A DNA stretch of 64,000 nucleotides from Eledone cirrhosa. Its lineage: Eukaryota. This document shows positions 22,594 through 33,980 of the stretch, one piece after another (within the stretch, counting starts at the first letter, position 1; the number at the start of each line of letters is the position of its first letter). The position numbers were made by a program, and so were the translations under genes. Below the pieces are notes generated by a model. That model ran no database searches. It worked only from the letters and a program-made list of their open reading frames with translations, and was not told the DNA's origin. The stretch spans positions 320,230,001 to 320,294,000 of the forward strand of contig OZ024740.1 in NCBI GenBank assembly GCA_964016885.1, read 5' to 3'.

Positions 22594-22820
22594 TTAATTC
22601 AAAAGTCCACAGGAATTTCTCGTGCAAGTTCCGCCACCTGAGTTAGACGATCGCTGGTCCCTGTCTAGTCAAACCAAATGTAACAATTTGTATAATCGAA
22701 TAATTGTTTAATTCAGAATATATTAATTTAATTCAGAAGCCCACAGGAATTTATCTTGCAAGTTCCACCACCTGAGATAGTCGACCCCTGGTCCTTGACT
22801 AGTCAAAGTAAATGTAATAA
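22594..22820 (+). repeat. Tandem pair of a ~130-bp dispersed repeat
   Basis: Two diverged units TTTAATTCA.AAG.CCACAGGAATTT...CTAGTCAAA; inverted relative at 24585..24670. Confidence 0.75.
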
Positions 22821-23199
22821 TAATCTTCGAGTTGTTTATCAGTTTCATTTCGTTGCTTGATTCCAGATAATATATTATTTCTTTTTAAGGGTGTTTCTTT
22901 GCATTTACCCAAAGAAGACAACTATTTTTGTTTGTCTTTTTGTTTGTCTTCTTGTTTGTGTTTTATTTTATTTTCGTGATTGTATTAATGATAAAAATAA
23001 ATAAATAAAGAAAGAAAGAAGGAAATAAATAAATAAAGAAAGAAAGAAAGAAGGAAAGAAAGAAAGAAAGAAAGAAAGAAGGAAAAAGAAAGAAACAAAC
23101 AAGCAAATATGTCGTTATACGAAAGAATGAACAGTCTTGTATGTCGACGACACTAGATTTGATGCCATATATGTATATATGTATATATGTATGTATGTA

Positions 23200-24255
23200 T
23201 GTTTTGTGGGTCGCCGGGGCCTTCTCCTTGCAGCTGTCGGGGGAGGAGAGGCTGGCGTGGTTTGGCCGCGTCGCACGGTGTGATAGCCTGTGCAGACCAT
23301 TAAGGGCAGGAGGGACGCCAACGCAAAAACTAGTTGGACAATGACAAAGACTGGACGCAAATGACAACATCAGATTTGTTGACGGCCGCCGTTGATAGAC
23401 TATTTTGAGTGTGTGCTGCTTCTGTAGTAGGATGCCCCCGACGACTACAGAAGTCAAGGGACTGATTATGTATGTATGTATGTTAGAAATAGTCGGGCTG
23501 GACACCCGATCGCGCAGTTAAACCACTGGGAGTGAAGGACCCCTAGCCTTTGTCAGGGCATTCTTCTAGGAGAAGGCAACTCAGCAAACTGGGATAACTT
23601 CGATATAAAACCTGCGGCTCAGTAGTTACCGATGATGTTGATCTTTTCTTCTTTTCGGATTATAGCTACTGTCGCTCAGAGAGTGGGATTGGCTCAGTGC
23701 ACGGCCTTTCCTCACTTTAAAAAATATCTTCACGCACAGACATTGCACGATAGAATTAATTAATAATTATTAATAATGTTATATCGTGCAATGGCCATAC
23801 TCGATAACGAGGGCGCAGCCATCATCATGTATGTATGTCAGGTTGCTCTCAAGTGCTATTGGTAACATGTAACCCAGTACAACCTGTCTTATGGTCGGGT
23901 CGTCGGCGACTAAACTGGCAGCCCCACCAAGTTTGCTTGGTGAGGAGGGTGATATTTGGACACTTTGCGGGATGAAATACAATACCCGGCGAAGGGCGGA
24001 GGAGCTCAGCAGAATCAACGGCCATCCAAATAATATTTTTCTTTTTCACCCGGGAGTGAAAGGCTCCCAGTTGTTGTCAGCACACCTTTCTAAGAGAGGG
24101 AAACTCTGAAAAAGAAACCTGCGGCTTCGGAAGCATCCGATGATGTTGACCTGTTCTCCTTTTCGGGTAGTGTTTTTGATGCTCAGAGAGGGGTATTGGT
24201 CGAGTTCAAGGCCTTTATCCACTTAAAAAACCTTCAAAGCACAGGCATTGCTTGT
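23200..24255 (+). mobile_element. Three tandem short units inside a (TATG)n tract, at least two of them RTE 5'-UTR-like non-autonomous elements
   Basis: Units separated by TATG repeats; CTAGGAGAAGGCAACTC / CTAAGAGAGGGAAACTCTGA..AAACC resembles RTE 5' UTRs; inverted copies at 38165..38497 and 38600..38690. Confidence 0.6.
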
Positions 24256-25149
24256 TCAGGATATGTTACAGGTTCGCGTGACTGGCCGTAGCCTAAAAGT
24301 GTACCATTTTCTATGCAGTACTCTTAGCAGAGTTTGCAGCCATCATGAATGCATGTATTTATCATTATTGTTCAACATATTTTTCATGCAGAGAACCTCT
24401 TTAGTAAAGCATTATAACAAATACTTTCCCAGGGTCCACTGCATGGAGGTGAGGTTAGCTTGGTCCCATTTCTGACTTTATCAATACCTATAAGTGTCTG
24501 TGCTTGTTGTCAATATACTAGGTAGCCGCTGAAGGCTGTTCTAGATTGATTAGTATACCTGATAAACGACACGTGGATGATTAGTTACTTTGACTAGACA
24601 GGGACCAGTGATAAACTCTCAAATGGCGGGATTTACGAGAGAAATTCCAATAGGCTTCTGAATTAAATTAAGATCTGTATCGATAATAACTAATGTTTAA
24701 AATCTTCAACATGTTTCGAAACTTTTAATTTATTTAGGAAAGAATAATATCATGACATACATGATAAGATTATTATTATTACTTTTTTTAAAATTAGATT
24801 CATAGTTGTCATTATCGTCACACTGTTCTCTGATTTATTTGATAGTGAACAGAAAACTATGTTACTTTCGGCTGCAAAATCTTCCTTGTGTAATGTCGGT
24901 GCAATATTCTTTTCTGTGCTCTTACTTCAGACACTCCCAATTTCGTTTGCAGTAATCTAGATATTTCACTGGCGTTCATTTTCTCATATATACAGCGTTG
25001 CTCAGTTCTTTGAAGACATTTTCTTGGATTTAGTAAAAGAATTTAGTAAAAGAGTCAGGAAAGAAGAGCATTATTTGAGAAAAAAATTGCATGAATAATC
25101 TTGAGACACTTCTTGACGCATCTACTCAATGAATCTGCCGTTAGCATTG

Positions 25150-25900
25150 ATATGGGGTCTGAAACTTTGACATGTCTAAATTAGATGATATTTTATCTAT
25201 TTTGGACATTGTGCTTTTATGGCGGACTTCAGAGATTATATAGTGTTATGAGAGCATTGATTGACTGCCCTCTCGACTATACCCGGTACATAGTAGTCCA
25301 ACGGATTCGGGACTGGACAGATAGGAGTTCATATGTTTGGAGTGACATGATCACGAAGATTGTAACTCATCCATTCTTAGATCGTATTGACTTTATGAGT
25401 CTTGTTGGTAGGTGTACGATCTTCCGTTGCTCACACTCTCTATCCACGAAGTCACGACTCTCTCCAACACCTCCGTATAGTCATCAACATTGATCCTTAA
25501 GATTCTAGGAAGGAAGTAAGGAGCCATGACATCTCCCTCACTGATCACGACTCCCAGAACCATTACAACTGCCGGAAATGTTGTATGCATGACTGTTGGA
25601 ACGTCTTTATGGTCTCTGTATAACCATCTGTCATTCCTTCGGTTGACCTTTTTGTCCGGACCAACGTGTTTCTCTTGCTCAACAAGAGCTTTACGCAGAT
25701 CAGACTATAATCTTTCGTCTTTGCTGACATGAATTGGGCTCTTTACATTACATATGACTGGTACCGAAAGTACTTATACACAACTCCTCCGATAGTGAGC
25801 CATGAAATCCTATGCTCCTTAGCTATAGCGTTAACTGACTTTCTGTAACGTACTGTAACGAACTGTGCCTAAATCTGTTAAAGTTTAACCGTTGGGCTCC
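25150..25900 (-). pseudogene. Decayed Tc1/mariner-superfamily transposase
   Basis: VMVLGVVISEG..YTEVLERVV..WI..YQQDS followed by SPNPLDY (SPDLNPLDY-like). Confidence 0.75.
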
Positions 25901-26032
25901 TTATCCTATAATATCTACACTAGACTTTACTTATATATGAAGTACTAAGTTAAATAATGTTGTTAATAGACTTAACTAGTACGATCACACAACACACACG
26001 CACACATATATATACACATATATATACATACT

Positions 26033-26094
<62 letters not shown>

Positions 26095-26095
<1 letters not shown>

Positions 26096-27096
26096 TAGCA
26101 GCAGTACCCAGCGTTGTCTGGGTAGGTAAAATAATATCTGCTTTGATGAAAAGGAGTTAATCTTAGCGACTGCTTCTCGATGACTCGTCTATGACCACAC
26201 ACAGGCCATGCGAGGGAGGGTCGTGATGACCTCTATCACTGAGAAACGCGGGTGACTGACGAAGAGGTATGCTGGGAGAGGGAGGTAATGACCTCTAACA
26301 CTAAGCCAAATTTCCTCATGCTACTTGATTGGAAACCGATGAATTCTCAAATACACAACTAAAAGCTCAGAAGACGTCAGTGGCCATCGTTTTGCCTTTG
26401 AGCATCTATAAGATGTGAAATGATAGGTTCTATTGTAGTATAAAAGTTGAACCAAATAAATTGATTTATGTGTGAGGTGGAGCCGAAGTTTCGAATTTGA
26501 ACGAAATCGGTTGAAAAATGTGGGAGCTAGAGCCGAAAAGGCGGAAATTTGAGCGAAAATGTGGTATTTTCGAATATTTAAGCGGCTGTCACGCCGTTCC
26601 TGAACAATGTAAAGCCACTTTAAGACGTGAACTAATCAGATATAGCGTAGTGTAAAATTTGAACAAAGTAGGTTGATTAATGTGGGAGCTAGAGCCGAAA
26701 AAGTGGAAATTTGAGTCTAAAAGTGGTATTTTTGAATAGGTAAGCGGCTCCCACGCCGTCCCTGAACAACAAATGCAAAATATAAAGCCATTACAGGATG
26801 TGCAATGAGAAATTATATTTTGCTTTAAATTTTGAACGAAATCGGTGGCAAAATGTGGGAGTTAGAGCCAAAAATCTTATTTTTCGATACCTAAAAAAAA
26901 GGTGACCCCCTATCGATTTTTGTATCTGCAGAATGAGCCCGGAATAAAAAAAATGATACGCTGGTATATGGAAAACACTCCCCGATGACTAATCTATGAG
27001 CCTATAAAGTTTCATGAAAATCAGTCGTAAGATGTAGGCCCCTATAGGTAATACACAGACACACACACACACATACTTAATTTTATATATATACAG

Positions 27097-27097
<1 letters not shown>
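26095..27097 (-). mobile_element. Non-autonomous Helitron-like element inserted in (TA)n
   Basis: 5' TC..TATATAAAA; 3' hairpin ACCCAG-ACAACG-CTGGGT then CTAG|T; three internal subrepeats (TTTGAAC.AAA..GGT..AATGTGGGAG.TAGAGCC). Confidence 0.75.
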
Positions 27098-27173
<76 letters not shown>

Positions 27174-27339
27174 AACGATAATCAGCAGACTACTGATGAG
27201 GACATTTTATCTCTTGGTCTATTTTTATTCATATGTTCATGTTCGCAACAACGCAGCACGCCATTCTTCATTCATTTATATATATATACATACATACAGC
27301 AATACTATGTTTTTCAGTAGTAATATATATATATATATA

Positions 27340-28362
27340 TATATATAAAACTGAGGATGTCTGTCTGTGTGTGTGTGTGTGTGAGTTTGAATCCCTAAAA
27401 CTCGAGAAGTACCCAACTGATATTTTTCAAACTTTACATGCACATAAAATTCAACTTTTTGATCCCTTAGGGTCCGCATTAGGTGAAAAACTGCGTTTTT
27501 CAGCTTTTTAGTGGTTTTTTTGAGGCGTTACGTCAGATCGATTTCCTTGAAATTGTAACTATGTATTAGTCTGTCTCTTCTTCATACCGTGAGCAAAGAA
27601 AATCCAACTTTTTTATGGCCTAGGGCTTGCATTAGGGGGAAAATTTCATTTTTTCAGCTTTTTGGGGCAGGAAGGTAATCGTTGCTGACGATAGCTAATA
27701 AGCTTGAAACTAGTACAGCGTTCCTTTGTCAGTGTTGAACAAATGAGCAACGATGGTTGCTAGACACTGTACGGCTTAATTCGGGATGTTTGTTTACAAA
27801 CACACCGAGCATTATAATAAGTGTTCGGTGAATCCATACGTACATATATATATGTGTGCATGTATGTATATATATATACATACTACTGTACGTCTGTATA
27901 CATATATGTATGTACGTATACATACTTATATTTAAGTAACAGCCGTACTAAGAGTGAGAAATGAAATTTCGTTTCATTTTTTCCGTTTATCGTTTTCGGT
28001 ACCCCGGCCGATTAACTCACTCGATATGCAAATTAGGCTGCTCAGCCGTTAATATGCATAAGGAAAGTATATACTTTCAGACGTTCAATCATCTGGCAGG
28101 AAGGTATACGTTGCTGACGATAGCTAATAAGCTTGAAACTAGTAGATCGTCCCTTTGTCAGTGTTGAACAAATGAGCAACGATGGTTGCTAGACACTGTA
28201 CGGCTTAATTCGGGATGTTTGTTTACAAACACACCGAGCATTATAATAAATGTTCGGTGAATCCATACGTACATATATATATGTGTGCATGTATGTATAT
28301 ATATATATATACATACTACTGTACGTCTGTATACATATATGTATGTACGTATACATACTTAT
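27340..28362 (+). mobile_element. Helitron-like 5' segment followed by a tandemly duplicated internal repeat
   Basis: 5' TATAAAACTGAGGATGT shared with the 28417..29140 element; 27680..27930 repeated at 28109..28362; same family inverted at 51275..52270. Confidence 0.6.
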
Positions 28363-28363
28363 A

Positions 28364-28416
<53 letters not shown>

Positions 28417-28417
<1 letters not shown>

Positions 28418-29140
28418 TAGCAGAGGTGCCCGGCGTTGCTCGGGTATTAAGTAGCAGTCATGTATAGCACTCATGTCAATACTTCAGTGCTGCTTCGAAA
28501 ACTCTACTTGTACAAAATCATCAGCTTTTTTCCAAAAGGGGGTTCCTGCCCCCAGGGGTCCCCTAGTCAACATGGGCCAATTCTGTTCAAATTCATCTGT
28601 AGAACATATGTAGCCCATGTGTCAAGTTTCGTGAAAATCGGTTGCTAACTCCAGAAGTTATGACGTTTTGTTGCATTGCACTGCAGTGCTTCAGTCGACT
28701 CCAAGGAAGTGGTTAAATGGGGTTATCTGCTCCGGAAGGCCCTATAATCAATATCTGGAAGAATGAAAGTGCCCATAACCATCCGGAGCACATAAGTAAC
28801 CTATGTCTTAATAGAACGCTCTTGCAGTAGCTTTACGTTCATCATCTTGCGATTGTCTAATTGCAGCCTCCATTTTCCTTCCCTCAGCTTTCACCATTCT
28901 TCGACCAATGTTAACCAACAGTCATTTAAGTTTCGCACATGCGACGTGATCGTCACGGTGATCAAGAGACAGCCTTCGTCTATCTAGGGGCCGCATTAGA
29001 CAAAAGTTTGAAAATGCATGAGTCCACAACACTTCTGGGAACATAACGCATATTTGTTCCAAATTTGAAGAAAATCGGTTGCAAACTGTAGAAGTTATGT
29101 GGGTACGGACATACACACAAACACATCCTCAGTTTTATAT
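28417..29140 (-). mobile_element. Non-autonomous Helitron-like element
   Basis: 3' hairpin ACCCGAGCAACGCCGGGC plus CTAG|T next to (TA)n; 5' TATATAAAACTGAGGATG. Confidence 0.72.
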
Positions 29141-29639
29141 ATACTAGCAGATAAACTACCCTCGGATGGTTTTCTGCTAGCAGGTGTAGTGTGCATATTG
29201 ATATTATACGCAAATATATATGTATTTAGATAAGATACGTCAAATAAAATCGTAATTGAGAATATGCACAGAAATTGAAGCGAGACTGTGCTACTTTAGC
29301 AATCAGTAAAGTAATCCATAATACAAAAAAAGATATTATATATAAACTGCATTAGGAGAAAATTATCGATGAAAATATATGAACGTTTATATAAGCGATA
29401 TAATAAGTGTTATAATATAACGGGGGCTAATCGGAAATTTTGATATTTGATAAAAGAAGTGAATCTTGAAATAAGCAATAAAATTATTTATATTTAATCA
29501 AGAGTTACGAAATTTAGTACATAAATTATGTAATATTCATTCATTATTTATTCAAAGTAATCCAACTTATTTCATAAACGGGATAAAAAAATATATTCTG
29601 GATGCAGTCCCGCACTCCTTCTTTTATTATATTATGATA

Positions 29640-29778
29640 CTAGCAGAATAGCCCGGTGTTGCTCGGAATTTGCTCTAGGGTTCTTATATATTTGATATAT
29701 ATTTATCCTTATCGAGCCTCGTGAAATAAGTACGTTTGTTTATATTTTGTTATTGTGTATGCAAAAATATCTGTACAC

Positions 29779-29850
<72 letters not shown>

Positions 29851-31083
29851 TAACAGATTAAAGTTTAAGCAAAGAATCGCTGCTTTCAACCTTAACGGGA
29901 TCTTCTGAAACTCACAAAATCAATCTGCGAAAGCAGAAGTAAATAATTCGATATATAGTACGTCATTAATAGGAGCGGTGAAAAACAATTACACGCAAAG
30001 ACAGAACCACGTTTATGGTATAAAATAAGTCGTAGACTAATGTTCTCTTAGGTGGTTCATAGAGACGTTCTCGGGCAATGAACGGAAAAAACGAAGATAA
30101 TACGTCATATGTGGAGCGTGGAGAACAATTGCACGCAAAGACAAAACCACGTAAATAGTATAGCTGAAGTCGTAGACTAAAATTCTAACTAGGAAACTGA
30201 ATGATTCTCCGCTTCAGAGTTAAGAATAAAGTAAATAAAATACAATACAGAGGTAATTGATATTAAATAAATACATACACGCATCCAAATACGTACATAC
30301 ACAAGCATACGCGAAAACACTCGCCATAGGTATACAAAACCACGCACATATAAATATGTGTGTGTGTGTGTGTGTGCGTGTATACAAATAAATAAGTAAT
30401 TAAATAAACGTATAAAATAAATAACTACGTATATAACAAGCGCACACACATACCTACATGTAAATACACAAATGTTCGGAGACGTACGTCAACCAAAACA
30501 TGAAGTACACACACCCAACATACGTACACACACCCAACATACGTACGAACCCGCATACTCACACAGACGCAAAACTCCCGTATACACATAACCAAAAGCA
30601 TATGTACCAGAATATATAAAAATATACGCCATAACATATACAATCAAATATACGTACGAGAAAGTATACATACCTTGTCTGTATGTCTGGCTGTCTGCAT
30701 TACATTCATTATGAAGCTATATGTGTGTGTGTGTGTGTGTATATAAGTATATATAGTGCGAATATATATATATACACACACTATATATACATATATACGG
30801 ACACACACACATATAGCTTCATAATGAATGTAATGCAGACACCCAGACACACAGACAGATATTATAAGGGCGCAACTTTATATCTATGTATCTATCTAAA
30901 AAGAAAGACTAAGAATTATAGAGAGAGATCGCTAAATCGCCTAATGCGGTCCCTAGGGCATTGAAAATTTGAAATTGTTTTTGCTCTAAACACTCACAGG
31001 ACCATAAGTATTACATGTGTAAAGTTTGAAAACAATCAGTTGGGTGGTTCTCGAGTTTTAGGGAGACAGACAGACATTCTCTG

Positions 31084-31090
<7 letters not shown>
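29640..31090 (-). mobile_element. Possible Helitron-like element with internal insertions
   Basis: CTAG plus hairpin at 29640..29670; 30935..31090 resembles the Helitron 5' end at 27340..27490; pairing of the two ends is inferred. Confidence 0.45.
29862..29912 (-). ncRNA. Hammerhead-like motif with atypical core CAGAAGA
   Basis: agttt CAGAAGA tcccgttaaggtt GAAA gca..tgc TT aaact; second copy at 47570..47620. Confidence 0.45.
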
Positions 31091-31148
<58 letters not shown>

Positions 31149-31326
31149 TATATAGATATAGATAGGTAAATATACACGGGTGTGTATGATTGTGTATAGA
31201 AGATTATATTAATAAGAGGAATTCCAACTTTGTCTGATTTACTCGTTTTATTTACAATCCTTTAAAATATATATAATGGTATTATAATGAAATAGTATGA
31301 TAGAATATTAAATTCTAAGTGTTAAT

Positions 31327-31365
31327 TGAACAAGTACTTTCATGCTTTCGCAATCTTCAGGTTCA
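31327..31365 (-). ncRNA. Minimal type I hammerhead ribozyme in the 3' pseudo-LTR
   Basis: tgaac CTGAAGA ttgc-gaaa-gcat GAAA gtac TT gttca; palindromic stem III AAGTACTT. Confidence 0.75.
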
Positions 31366-31740
31366 TGATATGTGGTGACAGTCGAGTTTGCAATTTTCAA
31401 CTGTAATGAGATGGGTAAATTTCCTACCTTTTATACATTTTATACAGAGAAAAGTGGCTCCAGAATGCAAAGCCCTGTAAACTGTATTTCGACCAATCAG
31501 TGTGTAGTTTCACTGAATTACTACAGCTGATTGGTTTAAGCGTCACGGCTGGTTGAGCATGCTAACGACCAATAGTCATATCCAACGTATCAATTGTTTT
31601 GCTTTTTTGAAATGATGAAAATAGCATTTTCTATTAATCATCACCATCAACATCACTTTTATTATTATTATTATTGTTGTTGTTGTTGTTGTTAGTGGTC
31701 GTGGTCATAGTGGTAGTAGAAGTAATACCCCTAGGCGTTA

Positions 31741-32220
31741 TTATTGTTCATTTAGCTTGGGTTTGAATTTATCAATAAAATTCTTTTCTTTGATTTTTCT
31801 CTTGATTTCACTTGGGCTGTGTAATTTGTAGAATGGGAATATTATAAATATTCCCTGACCACATGTTGCCAGGTGGCCGCTTAGGGGTATCTGACGGACA
31901 TTTGGGTCTCTGATTTGTTGACGGTGTACCCGTGCACGTTCCGATAGTGCATTTCCAGTTTGACCGACATATAGTTCTTCACAATTCGGGCATTTAATGC
32001 AGTAAATTAGATTTCTGCTTTTGCAGTTCATATTTGTATTTGGGAATATTTTTCCAGTTTTTGTTTTCATATATTGACCGGCGTGTATGGATTGACATGT
32101 GCCGCATCGATTATCATTGCATTTAGATACAGTGAATGATTGGTCTTTGTTGTTAAGGTCAAACTTTGCTTTTGTTAGCAATTGCTTCAAATTTTTTGGC
32201 TGTCTTTTACTAAGAGTCAA
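31741..32220 (-). CDS. GIY-YIG endonuclease domain of the Penelope-like element
   Basis: CNDNRCGTC linker, CKSRNLIYCIKCPNCEELYVGQT, R..H, E..I..LN; separated from RT by a frameshifting deletion near 32260. Confidence 0.9.
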   Translation of the reverse strand: MTLSKRQPKNLKQLLTKAKFDLNNKDQSFTVSKCNDNRCGTCQSIHAGQYMKTKTGKIFPNTNMNCKSRNLIYCIKCPNCEELYVGQTGNALSERARVHRQQIRDPNVRQIPLSGHLATCGQGIFIIFPFYKLHSPSEIKRKIKEKNFIDKFKPKLNEQ

Positions 32221-32243
32221 AGATCGATCTGTGATTAAGCCTT

Positions 32244-33980
32244 TTAATTCATTACTTTGAGCAATGGTATGACCAGTTCTTGGTTTCTTCTTCCTTGGGT
32301 TGTTCTAAGTTGTTGTATAGGTATTTTTATAGCCCGCTGTATGCCATTTTCTATAAGTAGAGATGGGTATTTTTGTTTGAGCAAAAATTCTCTTAGTTCT
32401 GTTAGGCGTTTGTACCTGGTATTCGTATCTTCTACAATGGTACAAATTCTTCTGGCTAGGCAGTATGGGATGTTGCGTTTTGTATGAGGTGGATGGCACG
32501 ACTTAAAATTCAGATATTGATGGGTGTCTGTGTGTTTATAATATATATCCGTGGTAATGGTGGTGTCGTTTTTGATTATCATTATATCTAGGAATGGTAA
32601 TTTGGTCCTACTCATCTCTTTTGTGAATTGGAGAGATGGGTGTAGGTTATTCAGGAGGATATTGAACTCATCTAGAGTATCTAGAGATTCTGTCCAGATG
32701 ATGAAACAGTCGTCAAGGTATCTCTTCCAAGATTTTTCAATGTACTTTCTAAAGTCAGTACTATATTTTTCCTCTATTTCTTGGTAGAGTTGTTGTTCTA
32801 AGTATCCCATTACAGAGTTCGCGTAAACGGGAGCAAACTTCGTTCCCATCGCTGTGCCTCTAATTTGGATGTAATTCTTTCCATTGAAGAAGAAAGTGTT
32901 GTTTTCCAGAATAAGTTTAACTGCGTCTAATATAAATGGCGCTGTGAATCTAATGGGAATCACTTCTCTATGTTTTTCCACCCAGTATTTAACCGCCTTT
33001 ATTCCTAAATCATGTGTAATGTTGGTGTAAAGGCTTACCACATCAAAACTGAGTAGAAGTGAATTCGTTTCCGTGGTTTTGGGAAGATGGGACAGGAAAT
33101 CGATATCATCCCGGATGAAACTGGGTATGTGAATACATAGTGGTTTCAAAATGTCAACAAAATTGCTTAGACGGTGAGTGGGGCATGTTGGACCAGCTAT
33201 AATAGGTCTAAGTTTTAAGTCTTTTGGGTGTAATAATTTAATGTACTCACTGTTTTGTTCTCTTACTGCCAGTTGTATTTCTTTTGACTTGTGAACTTTC
33301 GGTAGGCCATACAGGTTGCTGGGTTTCGGCTCAAAATTGGTGATGTAGTCTCTTTCCTTATCAGTAAATGAGTTGTGGTATTTTGAAGCCAGGTTGTTGA
33401 TCTTCTTCATGATGTTGTGGTCTATATTTGACGGTATTTCATGATAGAATGTTGTGTCTTTCAGTTGTTCCTCAACCAAATCCTTGTAGTATTCAGTATC
33501 CATTATAACAACTGCACCCCCTTTATCTGCTTGTTTAATTATTATTGTTTTATCATTTTGTATACGTTTAAGTGCAGACATTTCTGATTTGTTAATGTTT
33601 GGCCTAACATTAGTATTATGTCTAAGAGGAAATTTAGACAGGATGTCAATGTATTGGTCGAGATAGATATTTCTTCCTTTTGGCGGAGTGAAATTTGATT
33701 TATTCTTTACTAGTGATTCATCACTCTCATTATTTTTATCAGCGAAGAATTCTACAAGACGTAATTTTCGACAGAATTCTTGGGTATCCTCCTTCAGTTC
33801 TTGGTGGTTGACTGTTGGAGTCGGTGTGAATTTCAGTCCTTTTGACAGAATTTGCATTTCATCATTGTCAAGATCTCTTTTAGATAAATTAATTATTTTA
33901 GGATCTACGTGTACAGCTGTTTTGGGTATGTTTCCTCCTGGAGTTTTTCTTTTTCCGGTTTTTGTTGTTCTGACGTTAAA
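32244..33980 (-). CDS. Penelope-like reverse transcriptase
   Basis: INLS..E..LSKGLKF, ADKGGAVV, LPKVHK, RPII, FDVVSLYTNI, GTAMG, RYLDD, LPFLD, SCHP; frame stays open upstream of ATG 33857 to a stop near 34000. Confidence 0.93.
   Translation of the reverse strand, partial: FNVRTTKTGKRKTPGGNIPKTAVHVDPKIINLSKRDLDNDEMQILSKGLKFTPTPTVNHQELKEDTQEFCRKLRLVEFFADKNNESDESLVKNKSNFTPPKGRNIYLDQYIDILSKFPLRHNTNVRPNINKSEMSALKRIQNDKTIIIKQADKGGAVVIMDTEYYKDLVEEQLKDTTFYHEIPSNIDHNIMKKINNLASKYHNSFTDKERDYITNFEPKPSNLYGLPKVHKSKEIQLAVREQNSEYIKLLHPKDLKLRPIIAGPTCPTHRLSNFVDILKPLCIHIPSFIRDDIDFLSHLPKTTETNSLLLSFDVVSLYTNITHDLGIKAVKYWVEKHREVIPIRFTAPFILDAVKLILENNTFFFNGKNYIQIRGTAMGTKFAPVYANSVMGYLEQQLYQEIEEKYSTDFRKYIEKSWKRYLDDCFIIWTESLDTLDEFNILLNNLHPSLQFTKEMSRTKLPFLDIMIIKNDTTITTDIYYKHTDTHQYLNFKSCHPPHTKRNIPYCLARRICTIVEDTNTRYKRLTELREFLLKQKYPSLLIENGIQRAIKIPIQQLRTTQGRRNQELVIPLLKVMN

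Noticed and set aside
26490-26880. CRISPR-like spaced repeats
   Set aside because: Only three diverged subrepeats with long related spacers inside a Helitron-like element; eukaryotic context, no cas genes
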